From: Candidatus Saccharimonadota bacterium
GTDB lineage: Bacteria; Pseudomonadota; Gammaproteobacteria; Enterobacterales; Enterobacteriaceae
Direction of reading: 5' to 3'
DNA length: 32,000 nt
Assembly (NCBI RefSeq): GCF_012562765.1
Contig: NZ_CP046226.1
Coordinates: forward strand, 270,001 to 302,000
In this document: one piece after another, positions 9,543 through 18,919 of the stretch
Position numbering within the stretch: position 1 is the first letter of the stretch
Layout: each line of letters begins with the position of its first letter
The notes under the pieces: generated by a model
Told to the model about the DNA's origin: nothing
What the model saw: the letters and a program-made list of their open reading frames with translations, nothing else
Database searches by the model: none
Position numbers and translations under genes: made by a program

Positions 9543-11360
9543 TTAATCATCTAAAAAACTTTTAAGTATTTCTGAACGACTTGGATGACGTAATTTCCTT
9601 AATGCTTTAGCTTCTATTTGACGTATTCTTTCCCTAGTTACATCAAATTGTTTACCTACTTCTTCTAGTGTATGATCTGTATTCATATCAATACCAAATC
9701 TCATTCTTAATACTTTAGCTTCTCTAGGAGTTAAACTAGATAAAATATTATATGTAGCTAAACGTAAACTTTCTGAAGTTGCTGATTCTAATGGTAATTC
9801 TAATGTACTATCTTCAATAAAATCACCTAAATGTGAATCTTCATCATCTCCTATAGGAGTTTCCATAGATATAGGTTCTTTTGCTATTTTTAATACTTTT
9901 CTAATTTTATCTTCTGGTATCATCATTCTATCTGATAATTCTTCAGGAGTAGGTTCTCTACCAATTTCTTGTAATATTTGTCTAGAAATACGATTTAATT
10001 TATTAATAGTCTCAATCATATGTACTGGAATACGTATGGTTCTTGCCTGATCAGCAATAGATCTTGTTATAGCTTGTCTTATCCACCAAGTAGCATATGT
10101 AGAAAATTTATAACCTCTTCTATATTCAAATTTATCTACTGCTTTCATAAGTCCAATATTACCTTCTTGAATTAAATCAAGAAATTGAAGACCTCTATTT
10201 GTATATTTTTTTGCAATAGAAATAACTAGTCTTAAATTAGCTTCAACCATTTCTTTCTTAGCACGTTTAGCTTTAGCTTCTCCTATTGATATTTTTTTAT
10301 TAATATTTTTTATTTGATTAATAGTTAATCCTGTTTCTTTTTCAATTTCAATTAATTGTATAAAATTATTTTCTATTTTTTGAAAAAAATCGTTAAACTC
10401 TAAAAATGATAATTTTTTATTTATTTTAAATTTTTTTAATTGATTTAAAAAATCATTTTTATTAATTTTTTTATTGGAAAGTAATAAAATAATATTTTTT
10501 TTAGATATTTTATATTTTTTAATACATAATTCTATTATATTATGTTCTTGTAAACGAACACGTAACATTATAGAACGCATATTATTAACTAAATAATTAA
10601 ATTCTTTAGATACTAAACGAAATTGTTTAAATATTTCTGCCAAATTTTGAATTTCATTTATAGAATCATTATGATATCTACCTTTTTCTTTTATAAGATA
10701 AGATGTCATATGATATTGATTTCTTAATTCTAAAAATTTTTCTTTTGCTAATTTAGGATCTATAATATTTTCATTATTATTTGATTCATTTTCTTCAGAT
10801 AATTCTGTTTTTATATTAATAATTTTATTAAAAATAATTTCTTCATTAATATTCATATTAACAAAACCATTAATCAAATCAGATAAACGGATATTTCCTA
10901 ATTCTACTTGATTATATTGTTTTAATAAATAAATAATAGCTTTTGGATATTCAGCAAAAGAACATTGTACTTGATTAATACCTTCTTCTATTCTTTTAGC
11001 AATATTAATTTCACCTTCTCTTGTTAATAATTCTACTGTTCCCATTTCACGCATATACATACGTACTGGATCTGTTGTTCTACCTATTTCTGAATCTACA
11101 GTAGTAGATAATTGTACAACAGCTTCTTCTGCTTCATCATTTGTATTATTATTTTGACTTAATATTAAATCATCTGCATCAGGAGCTTCTTCCATTACTT
11201 GAATTCCCATATCATTTATCATTTGAATAATATTTTGAATTTGATCAGAACTAATAATATCATCAGGTAGATGATCGTTAACTTCTGAATAAGTTAAATA
11301 TCCTTGTTCTTTACCACGGATAACAAGAAGTTTAAATTGTAATTGTGAGTTATGCTCCAT
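9543..11360 (-). CDS. rpoD: RNA polymerase sigma factor RpoD (sigma-70)
   Basis: The longest ORF reaches 11429. The ATG at 11358-11360 gives [32 protein letters not shown], aligned with the E. coli RpoD N-terminus. Regions 2-4 are nearly identical to E. coli (for example [72 protein letters not shown]). The acidic spacer is replaced by an N/E/K-rich stretch. Confidence 0.93.
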   Translation of the reverse strand: MEHNSQLQFKLLVIRGKEQGYLTYSEVNDHLPDDIISSDQIQNIIQMINDMGIQVMEEAPDADDLILSQNNNTNDEAEEAVVQLSTTVDSEIGRTTDPVRMYMREMGTVELLTREGEINIAKRIEEGINQVQCSFAEYPKAIIYLLKQYNQVELGNIRLSDLINGFVNMNINEEIIFNKIINIKTELSEENESNNNENIIDPKLAKEKFLELRNQYHMTSYLIKEKGRYHNDSINEIQNLAEIFKQFRLVSKEFNYLVNNMRSIMLRVRLQEHNIIELCIKKYKISKKNIILLLSNKKINKNDFLNQLKKFKINKKLSFLEFNDFFQKIENNFIQLIEIEKETGLTINQIKNINKKISIGEAKAKRAKKEMVEANLRLVISIAKKYTNRGLQFLDLIQEGNIGLMKAVDKFEYRRGYKFSTYATWWIRQAITRSIADQARTIRIPVHMIETINKLNRISRQILQEIGREPTPEELSDRMMIPEDKIRKVLKIAKEPISMETPIGDDEDSHLGDFIEDSTLELPLESATSESLRLATYNILSSLTPREAKVLRMRFGIDMNTDHTLEEVGKQFDVTRERIRQIEAKALRKLRHPSRSEILKSFLDD

Positions 11361-11493
11361 AAAAAATTCCATACTTCTATTATCATATTTTATAAGATTT
11401 TTTTTATAAAAATAAATAGAATTTATCATTTCTATTAATAAATAAACTATATTTTAATTTAGTATTTAATAAAAAAGTAAAATTTAATATATT

Positions 11494-13256
11494 TTAAAAT
11501 TTGGTTTTAATTTTTGCTAAATTTTTATTTATTAACCATAATTCTCTTCTTTTTTCAATATTTAATCCTTCTTTTCTTTCTAAAAAAATTAAATATTCTT
11601 GTCTTTCTTCTAAAAGATGCATTTTTAATTTATTTATTAAATGTATAAAAAATTTTTCTATTTCTTCTTCTGGAATCATATGGTTCCAAATTGCTAATGT
11701 TTCAAGAGGTTTTTTAAGTTTTGTTCCTCTATATTTTTCCAAAATTTGTACTGTTGTTATTTTTTTTTTATTACAAATATGAATTAATTCAATAAAAAAT
11801 TTTAATCCATTAATGTTAGATGTTTTAAATAGTTTAAATTCTGGTATAATTTTTATTAATTTAGGTTTTTGTAATAACAAACTAATTAACATTCTTATTG
11901 TTGTTTTTTTAAAATTATTTAAATAATTATTATTTAATATTTTTTTTTTATTGTTTTTTTGAAGAATTAATTTATATATTTCAAAAAAATTTAAAATACC
12001 TATTTTTTCTCCTATTTTTTTTATTAAATTAATTTGAAATATATAATCTGGAATATTATGAATTAATGATAATGCTAAATTAATAAATTTAGCTTTTCCT
12101 TCACAATTTTTAATATTAATTTTACTTATTAAAATTTTAAAAAAAAAGTCCGAAAATGATAAACTTTTATTTATGTGTTGTTCAAAAATAATTTTACCCT
12201 TTTTTTTAATTAAACTATCAGGATCTTCTCCATCAGGAAGTAATAAAAATTTTATTTGTTTACCACATACCATATGAGATAAACTAATTTTTAATGAATT
12301 CCAGTTAGCTTTTCTTCCTGCATTATCTCCATCATAACAATAAATTATTTGATTAGTAATTTGAAATAATTTTTTTATATGTTCATTTGTGATTGATATT
12401 CCTAAAATTGCTACTACATATTTTATATTAAATTGGAATAAACTAATAACATCAGTATATCCTTCTACTACTAAAATTTTTTCTAATAAAATAGATTCTT
12501 TTTTTACTTCATATAAACCATATAATTCATTTCTTTTATGAAAAAAAATATTATCAGGTGAATTTAAATATTTAGGTTCTTTGTTTTCTAAAGATCTACC
12601 ACCAAAACCGATAATTTGACCTTGTAAATTTTTAATAGGAAATATTATACGATTATAAAAAATATCATAATAATTATTATTATTTTTACTATAAATTAAC
12701 ATTTTTAAATCTTTAATTAAAAAATCTTTTTTTTTTTATTATTACATATTAAATAAATAAAATTTTTACAAGAAAATCCAATAGAAAAATAATCTAATAT
12801 TTTTTTATTAAAACCACGATTTAACAAATAATGATAAGCTTTTTTTCCTGAAGAAGAATTAATTAAGAAATTTTTATAAAAATTACTAATATCTAACATT
12901 AAATTATATATATATTTTTTTTTATTTATGATATCTAAACAATTTTTATTATTATTTTCTTGAGGAATTATTAATCCAAAATAATTTGATATAAATTTTA
13001 TACTTTCAATAAAACTAATATTATCATACTTCATGATAAAATCGATTATATTACCATGTATTCCACAACCAAAACAATGGTACAATTGTTTTTCTTCACT
13101 AACAACAAATGAAGGATGTTTTTCTAAATGAAAAGGACAAATTCCAAAAAAATTTTTACCTCTTTTTACTAATTTTACCCTATTTTGTATTAATAATATA
13201 ATATTACATTTATTAAGTAAATCATTTATATATGTATGTGGTATATATGTTCTCAT
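11494..13256 (-). pseudogene. dnaG: DNA primase DnaG, reading frame interrupted by a 1-nt frameshift in an A11 tract (two ORFs, 12717-13256 and 11494-12702); possibly still expressed by slippage
   Basis: ORF A (179 aa) carries the zinc-finger region (GICPFHLEKHPSFVVSEEKQLYHCFGCGIHGNIIDF). ORF B (402 aa) carries the TOPRIM region (VVEGYTDV, YCYDGDNAGRKA) and the C-terminal part. 179 + 402 = 581 aa, the E. coli DnaG length. The frames differ by one nucleotide at the homopolymer 12727-12737. The locus sits in the conserved rpsU-dnaG-rpoD order. Confidence 0.85.
12727..12737 (-). repeat. A11 homopolymer on the coding strand at the dnaG frameshift site
   Basis: The plus strand reads c-ttttttttttt-a, with 11 T counted from the numbered lines. 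On the coding strand this reads AAT AAA AAA AAA AAG ATT TTT TAA. Confidence 0.9.
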
Positions 13257-13314
13257 TGATAAAATATATTTAGATTAATAAAAAATCATTTATAATAATA
13301 TAATTATAAATATT

Positions 13315-13530
13315 TTAATATAAACGAATTCTTTTTAAATTTTCTCTTGCTATTTTCTTAGCATGTCTTTTAGTTGCTGATGCTTTAGCTCTTTTTCTTT
13401 TTGTTGTAGGTTTTTCATAAAATTCTCTACGTCTAACTTCAGATAAAATACCTGCTTTCTCACAAGAACGTTTAAATCTTCTTAAAACTAAATCAAAAGG
13501 TTCATTTTCACGAACTTTAATCACTGGCAT
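13315..13530 (-). CDS. rpsU: 30S ribosomal protein S21
   Basis: 71-aa ORF beginning [43 protein letters not shown], nearly identical to E. coli S21. Confidence 0.95.
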   Translation of the reverse strand: MPVIKVRENEPFDLVLRRFKRSCEKAGILSEVRRREFYEKPTTKRKRAKASATKRHAKKIARENLKRIRLY

Positions 13531-13656
13531 TTTTAAAATTTCTCTATTAATTTAAAATTATTAATGATGAATTATATCATATATTATATAATATACTATA
13601 CAAATTCTATTTTATTAATTACATTAATTTATATTTATTAAAATTTTTATAAAAAA

Positions 13657-14670
13657 ATGTTAATTATGGGAATAGAAACATCATGTGATGATACAGCTAT
13701 ATCTATTTATGATAGTAAATATGGATTATTATCTAATAATGTTTATAGTCAAAAAATACATACAAAATATGGAGGTATTGTTCCTGAATTAGCTGCAAGA
13801 CAACATTTAAAAAAAATTATTCCATTAATTAAAAAAACATTATTTTTGAATAAAAAAAAAATTAATGATATTAATGGAATCGCTTATACTGCAGGTCCAG
13901 GATTAATCAATTCTCTAATGATAGGTGCTACTGTTGCACATACATTAGGATTTTCTTTAAAAATACCAGTTATTCCTATTAATCATATTGAAGGACATTT
14001 ATTATCAATAATGTTAGAAAAAAAACATCCAAATTTCCCCTTTATTGTTTTAATAGTTTCAGGAGGTAATACACAATTAATTTATGCTTATAAGTTTGGA
14101 AAATATAAAATATTAGGAAATAATATTGATGATGCAGCTGGAGAAGCTTTAGATAAAATAGCAATTATTTTAGGTTTAAAATTTCCAGGAGGAAAAAATT
14201 TATCTAAAATTGCTAAATTTGGAATTTCGAAACATTTTATTTTTCCTAGACCTATGATAAAAGATAAAAATAATTTAAATTTTAGTTTTTCTGGATTAAA
14301 AACTTTTGCAAAAAATTTTATAAACAAATATACAATTTTAGATTTTCAAACAAAAGCAGATATTGCATGTGCATTTGAAGATGCTATTGTAGAAACTCTT
14401 TTTATTAAAAGTCTATGGGCTTTAAAAAAATATAATATTACTAAATTAGTAATTGCAGGAGGAGTTAGTGCTAATAAAAAACTAAGAAAATATTTAACTA
14501 AAGAATTAAAAAAAAATAACATTGAAGTTTTTTATAGTACTAATAAATTATGTACTGATAATGCAGCTATGATTGCATATATTGGTATGCAAAAATTTAA
14601 TAAAAAAAATAAAAATAAATTATATGATATTTTTATTAATTCAAAATTATCATTAAATTATGATAAATAA
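13657..14670 (+). CDS. tsaD: tRNA N6-adenosine threonylcarbamoyltransferase TsaD (t6A synthesis)
   Basis: 337-aa ORF with GIETSCDDT, AYTAGPGL, the HIEGH metal motif, DDAAGEA, FSFSGLKT, AGGVSAN and CTDNAAMIA segments collinear with E. coli TsaD/YgjD. It is divergent from rpsU, as in E. coli. Confidence 0.92.
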   Translation: MLIMGIETSCDDTAISIYDSKYGLLSNNVYSQKIHTKYGGIVPELAARQHLKKIIPLIKKTLFLNKKKINDINGIAYTAGPGLINSLMIGATVAHTLGFSLKIPVIPINHIEGHLLSIMLEKKHPNFPFIVLIVSGGNTQLIYAYKFGKYKILGNNIDDAAGEALDKIAIILGLKFPGGKNLSKIAKFGISKHFIFPRPMIKDKNNLNFSFSGLKTFAKNFINKYTILDFQTKADIACAFEDAIVETLFIKSLWALKKYNITKLVIAGGVSANKKLRKYLTKELKKNNIEVFYSTNKLCTDNAAMIAYIGMQKFNKKNKNKLYDIFINSKLSLNYDK

Positions 14671-14731
14671 TTAAAAAATTTTAAAAAAAAATAAAAATAA
14701 ATAAAATATTTTTATAAATTAAGTTTATATT

Positions 14732-15541
14732 ATGATGAAATTAAAATATTCTACAATTATTTTATTAAGTATAGTTGAAGGATTAACTGAATTTTTACCT
14801 ATATCATCTACAGGACATATGATTATATTTAATCATATATTCAATATTATTGAAAATGAAAAAATAAAAGTCTTTGAAGTAATAGTACAATTAGGATCTA
14901 TAACATCAGCATGTATTATTTTTTGGTCAAGAATAATAAAAATTATTAATAATTCACTATCATATAAAATATTTTATAAAAAAAAAATAACATTATTACA
15001 TATAATAATATCTATATTACCAATAATTATTCTAGGTTTATTGTTTTATGATAAGATTAAATCACTTATGAATGTTATTATAGTTTTTTATGGATTAATA
15101 TTTGGTAGTATATTACTATATTTATCTGAAGTATTTAAACCAAATAAATATTATATTAATAATATTAACGCTTTAACATATAAAAAAGTATGTTTAATTG
15201 GTTTATTTCAATGTTTATCATTATTTCCTGGAATATCTAGATCTGGTTCTACTTTATCAATTAGTTTATTATTAGGAATAAATCGTTTAGTATCATCAGA
15301 ATTTTGTTTTATTATAGCAATACCTATAATTTTTGGTGCTAGTTTTTTAGAACTATATAAACATATTCACATACTTTCTATAGAAGATAGTAAATTTATT
15401 TTTTTAGGTTTCATTATATCATTTATTATAAGTTTAATTACTATTAAATTTTTTTTATATTTTATAAATAATGTTTCTTTAAAATGGTTTGCTATATATC
15501 GTTTTTTTATAATAATACTTTTATATATAAAATTTATTTAA
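14732..15541 (+). CDS. uppP: Undecaprenyl-diphosphate phosphatase
   Basis: 269-aa polytopic membrane ORF with VEGLTEFLPISSTGHMII and PGISRSGSTLS motifs matching E. coli UppP/BacA. Confidence 0.9.
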   Translation: MMKLKYSTIILLSIVEGLTEFLPISSTGHMIIFNHIFNIIENEKIKVFEVIVQLGSITSACIIFWSRIIKIINNSLSYKIFYKKKITLLHIIISILPIIILGLLFYDKIKSLMNVIIVFYGLIFGSILLYLSEVFKPNKYYINNINALTYKKVCLIGLFQCLSLFPGISRSGSTLSISLLLGINRLVSSEFCFIIAIPIIFGASFLELYKHIHILSIEDSKFIFLGFIISFIISLITIKFFLYFINNVSLKWFAIYRFFIIILLYIKFI

Positions 15542-16770
15542 TTTTTTTTAGAATTTATAAATAATTTTAATAATTTTAATCTACGTTTATTTATAATTTT
15601 AGCAATATCTGATCCTTTAATTCCATTTGGGATTATATCCTTATTATTAATAATTTTAATTATATATTGATATATATCAATAAAATATTTTCCTTGTTTA
15701 TAAAATAAAGAATCTAATGTAGCTCTTCCTCTAGCATCAGATTCACTAATTAAAGCAATTTGTTTTACTCTATAAGGTTTTCTCCATGCATCAATAATAT
15801 TATATATATTAAGTATATTTTCAGCCTTTTGATTATAAATATCATGTATTATATCATGTACTTTAGCAGATAATATAGCTAAATCACGAATATTATTTGG
15901 TATTTTTAATCTTTTACATAATGTTTTTATTAAAGGTATTCCAGCAACACCATGTCCATAATGTCTAGGCCATAATTTTTTAGGAGTCATTCCTTTACCT
16001 AAATCATGACATAAAGCAGCAAATCTTATTTCTAAATCAGAAGTTAATTTAGATGCAATAGATAATGTCATCATAGTGTGGATTCCAGTATCTATTTCAG
16101 GATGCCATTTTACTGGAGCTGGAATTCCATATAATTTATCAATTTCTGGAAAAAGAATTGATAATGCACCACATTTTTTTAATGTTATAAAAAATATATG
16201 TGGATTTGATCCTTTAAGAGCATTTTCAGTTTCTTTCCAAATTCTTTCTGGTTTTAAATAAGATAATTCTCCAGAATTACTCATTATTTTCATTAGTTTA
16301 AATGTATTTTTATCAATATTAAAATTTAAATGTGATAATTTAGCAGCAAATCTAGCTACTCTTAATACTCTTAAAGGATCATCTTTAAAAGAATGAGAAA
16401 CATGTTTAAGTATTTTATTATGAATGTCTTTTATTCCATTATATGGATCATAAAAGTTTCCATATTGATCTTGTGCAATAGCATTAATTGTAAGATCTCT
16501 ACGTAATAAATCTTCTTCTAATGTAACATTAGGTGATGAATAATAAATAAATCCTTCATACCCATGTCCTGATTTTTTTTCAGTTCTAGCTAATGCATAT
16601 TCTTCATGTGTTATTGGGTGTAAAAATACAGGAAAATCTTTTCCAACTAATTTAAAACCTAATTTAATCATTAAATCTACACTAGCTCCTACTACTAACC
16701 AATCTTTATCTGAAAATTTTAAATTTAAGATAAAATCTCTAATAGCTCCACCTACTAAATAAATTTTCAA
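15538..16770 (-). CDS. cca: Multifunctional CCA-adding enzyme (tRNA nucleotidyltransferase with HD domain)
   Basis: 410-aa ORF. MKIYLVGGAIRD matches the E. coli Cca N-terminus. RRDLTINA and the HD-domain CHDLGKG are present. Length matches E. coli (412 aa). Confidence 0.92.
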   Translation of the reverse strand: MKIYLVGGAIRDFILNLKFSDKDWLVVGASVDLMIKLGFKLVGKDFPVFLHPITHEEYALARTEKKSGHGYEGFIYYSSPNVTLEEDLLRRDLTINAIAQDQYGNFYDPYNGIKDIHNKILKHVSHSFKDDPLRVLRVARFAAKLSHLNFNIDKNTFKLMKIMSNSGELSYLKPERIWKETENALKGSNPHIFFITLKKCGALSILFPEIDKLYGIPAPVKWHPEIDTGIHTMMTLSIASKLTSDLEIRFAALCHDLGKGMTPKKLWPRHYGHGVAGIPLIKTLCKRLKIPNNIRDLAILSAKVHDIIHDIYNQKAENILNIYNIIDAWRKPYRVKQIALISESDARGRATLDSLFYKQGKYFIDIYQYIIKIINNKDIIPNGIKGSDIAKIINKRRLKLLKLFINSKKN

Positions 16771-16927
16771 TTATTATACTCCTTAATTAAATATAATTTA
16801 TGTTACAATTTTGTTAAAAAATTATTTTTATATATTGCATATTATTTTTATATTAAATCATTATAATAAAACTATTTAATATTATTAATATGATTATAAA
16901 CTAAGATCATTATAATGGACTATTAAA

Positions 16928-17893
16928 ATGAAATTAATATTACCTGATTTTAATAATACAACAGTTTTAGTCGTTGGTGATGTGATGCTAGATCGTTATT
17001 TTTATGGTTTAATAAATAAAATATCATCAGAAGCTTCAGTACCAGTAGTAAAAATTACAAATATAAATTATATTCCAGGAGGTGCAGCAAATGTTGCTAT
17101 GAATGTATCTTCAATGGGAGCTAATGTTAAACTATTTGGCTTATTAGGTATAGATAATGCAGCAAATATTATTAAAAAAAAATTAAAAATAAATAATGTT
17201 GATTATAATTTTATTCAAGATGTTAATTTTAAAACTATCATTAAAACAAGAGTATTATCTTTAAATAAACAATTAATACGTTTAGATTTTGAAAAAGAAT
17301 ATAAAAATATACATAATAGTAATATATTACTAGAGAATATTAGAAAAATTATACCTAATATTAATATTATAGTTTTTTCTGATTATAATAAAGGAACATT
17401 ATATAATATACAATCTATGATTAAATTAGCAAATTCATCAAAAATACCTGTGATTATTGATCCTAAAGGAGATAATTATGAAAAATACTCAGGAGCTACA
17501 TTATTAACTCCTAATTTAATGGAATTTGAATCAGTAGTTGGAAAATGTAATTCTGAAAAAAAAATAGTTGATAAAGGTTTAAATTTAATTTCACGTTATA
17601 ATATAAATTCATTGCTAATTACTAGATCGGAAAATGGAATGAGTTTAATTCAAAAAAATAAAGAACCTATTCATTTTAAATCTCAAGCACATAAAGTTAA
17701 TGATGTTACTGGTGCTGGTGATACTGTTATTGGAGTTTTATCAGCATTTTTAGCTCAAGGTAAAATGTCTCTGAAAGATTCATGTTTTTTATCTAATATT
17801 GCAGCAAGTATAGCAGTCAGTAAATTTGGTACTGCTACTGTTAGTTTTAATGAATTAAAAAATTTATATAAAAAAAATTTAATAAATAATTAA
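16928..17893 (+). CDS. hldE: D-beta-D-heptose 7-phosphate kinase: HldE domain I only, with the adenylyltransferase domain absent
   Basis: 321-aa ORF collinear with residues ~1-320 of E. coli HldE (VVGDVMLDRYFYG, PGGAANVAMN, ATLLTPNLMEFE, DVTGAGDTVIG, KFGTATVS). The ORF stops just after the kinase domain, and ribB starts 77 nt later. Confidence 0.85.
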   Translation: MKLILPDFNNTTVLVVGDVMLDRYFYGLINKISSEASVPVVKITNINYIPGGAANVAMNVSSMGANVKLFGLLGIDNAANIIKKKLKINNVDYNFIQDVNFKTIIKTRVLSLNKQLIRLDFEKEYKNIHNSNILLENIRKIIPNINIIVFSDYNKGTLYNIQSMIKLANSSKIPVIIDPKGDNYEKYSGATLLTPNLMEFESVVGKCNSEKKIVDKGLNLISRYNINSLLITRSENGMSLIQKNKEPIHFKSQAHKVNDVTGAGDTVIGVLSAFLAQGKMSLKDSCFLSNIAASIAVSKFGTATVSFNELKNLYKKNLINN

Positions 17894-17970
17894 ATTGATA
17901 TTTAAATTTTTTTATAATTTCATATTATTATTTATAATAAATACGTTAATTTTATTTAAAGTTGTAATAT

Positions 17971-18636
17971 ATGTATAATATAAATAATCATAACTTACTT
18001 ATTTATCAATTTGGTAATTCAATTACTAGAGTAAAAAATGCTATTTTATCTCTTAATAAAGGAAAAGGTGTTTTAATATTAGATAATGAAAACCGTGAAA
18101 ATGAAAGTGATATTATTTTTTCTGCAGAAAAAATTACTGTAAAACAGATAGCTTTAACTATTAGATATGGAAGTGGTATTATTTGTTTATGTATTACTGA
18201 AAGTTTAAGAAAAAAATTAAATTTACCTATGATGGTAAAAAATAATACTAGTTTTTATAAAACAGCTTTTACAGTTACAATTGAAGCAGCTAAAGGTATT
18301 ACTACAGGTGTATCTGCACAAGATCGATTTACAACTATTAAAACAGCTATAAATATTAATGCAAAACCTAATGATTTAAATCGTCCTGGACATGTATTTC
18401 CATTAAGAGCTATGAAAGGAGGAGTTTTAAAAAGACAAGGACATACAGAAGCTACTATAGATTTATTAAAAATAGCAAAAATGAATCCTACAGGAATATT
18501 ATGTGAATTAACAAATAAAAATGGTTCAATGGCACGTACTCAAGATACCATATTATTTGCAAAAAAAAATAATATGTCAGTATTAACTATAGAAGATATA
18601 ATTAATTTTAGAATTAAATACAATATTTATTTTTAA
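17971..18636 (+). CDS. ribB: 3,4-dihydroxy-2-butanone 4-phosphate synthase
   Basis: 221-aa ORF with [55 protein letters not shown] and GHTEATIDL segments matching E. coli RibB. Confidence 0.93.
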   Translation: MYNINNHNLLIYQFGNSITRVKNAILSLNKGKGVLILDNENRENESDIIFSAEKITVKQIALTIRYGSGIICLCITESLRKKLNLPMMVKNNTSFYKTAFTVTIEAAKGITTGVSAQDRFTTIKTAININAKPNDLNRPGHVFPLRAMKGGVLKRQGHTEATIDLLKIAKMNPTGILCELTNKNGSMARTQDTILFAKKNNMSVLTIEDIINFRIKYNIYF

Positions 18637-18647
18637 AATAATATTTA

Positions 18648-18721
18648 TCGGCGAGAGAGGATTTGAACCTCCGACCCACTGGTCCCAAACCAGTTGCGCT
18701 GCCAAACTGCGCTACTCGCCG
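18648..18721 (-). tRNA. proM: tRNA-Pro (anticodon UGG), no encoded CCA end
   Basis: The reverse complement reads CGGCGAGTAGCGCAGTTTGGCAGCGCAACTGGTTTGGGACCAGTGGGTCGGAGGTTCAAATCCTCTCTCGCCGA. It folds as a cloverleaf with anticodon loop TTTGGGA and is almost identical to E. coli proM as I recall it. The discriminator A is followed by TAAA. Confidence 0.93.
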
Positions 18722-18737
18722 TTAACTATTTATTTTA

Positions 18738-18814
18738 TGGGGTGGTTAATGGGATTCGAACCCATGACAACTGGAACCACAATCCAGCGCTCTACCAACT
18801 GAGCTATAACCACC
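18738..18814 (-). tRNA. hisR: tRNA-His (anticodon GUG) with encoded G-1 and an encoded CCA end
   Basis: The reverse complement reads GGTGGTTATAGCTCAGTTGGTAGAGCGCTGGATTGTGGTTCCAGTTGTCATGGGTTCGAATCCCATTAACCACCCCA. The anticodon loop is TTGTGGT. The extra 5' G is typical of tRNA-His, and the 3' end is C-CCA. Confidence 0.93.
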
Positions 18815-18845
18815 ATAAATTTTTTATAATTTAGAATAATAATTT

Positions 18846-18919
18846 TGCACCCGACAGGAATTGAACCTGAATCCTCTGCTTTCGGAAAGCAGTACTCTAT
18901 CCTACTGAGCTACGGGTGC
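18846..18919 (-). tRNA. argX: tRNA-Arg (anticodon CCG), no encoded CCA end
   Basis: The reverse complement reads GCACCCGTAGCTCAGTAGGATAGAGTACTGCTTTCCGAAAGCAGAGGATTCAGGTTCAATTCCTGTCGGGTGCA. The anticodon loop is TTCCGAA. The architecture and T-arm match E. coli argX. The discriminator A is followed by AAAT. Confidence 0.9.

Noticed and set aside
11501-11782. 93-aa plus-strand ORF antisense to the dnaG 3' part
   Set aside because: It is a shadow ORF of dnaG, with low-complexity sequence and no supporting signals.
14088-14327. 79-aa minus-strand ORF inside tsaD
   Set aside because: It is antisense to the conserved tsaD and has no motif or SD. This is a shadow ORF.
16076-16261. 61-aa plus-strand ORF inside cca
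   Set aside because: It is antisense to the conserved cca HD-domain region. This is a shadow ORF.
16857-16916. 11-nt direct repeat atcattataat (16857-16867 and 16906-16916), each containing a perfect TATAAT, in the cca/hldE divergent spacer
   Set aside because: TATAAT-like strings are ubiquitous at this A+T content, and no suitably spaced -35 element was found. Promoter calls from sequence alone would be unreliable here.
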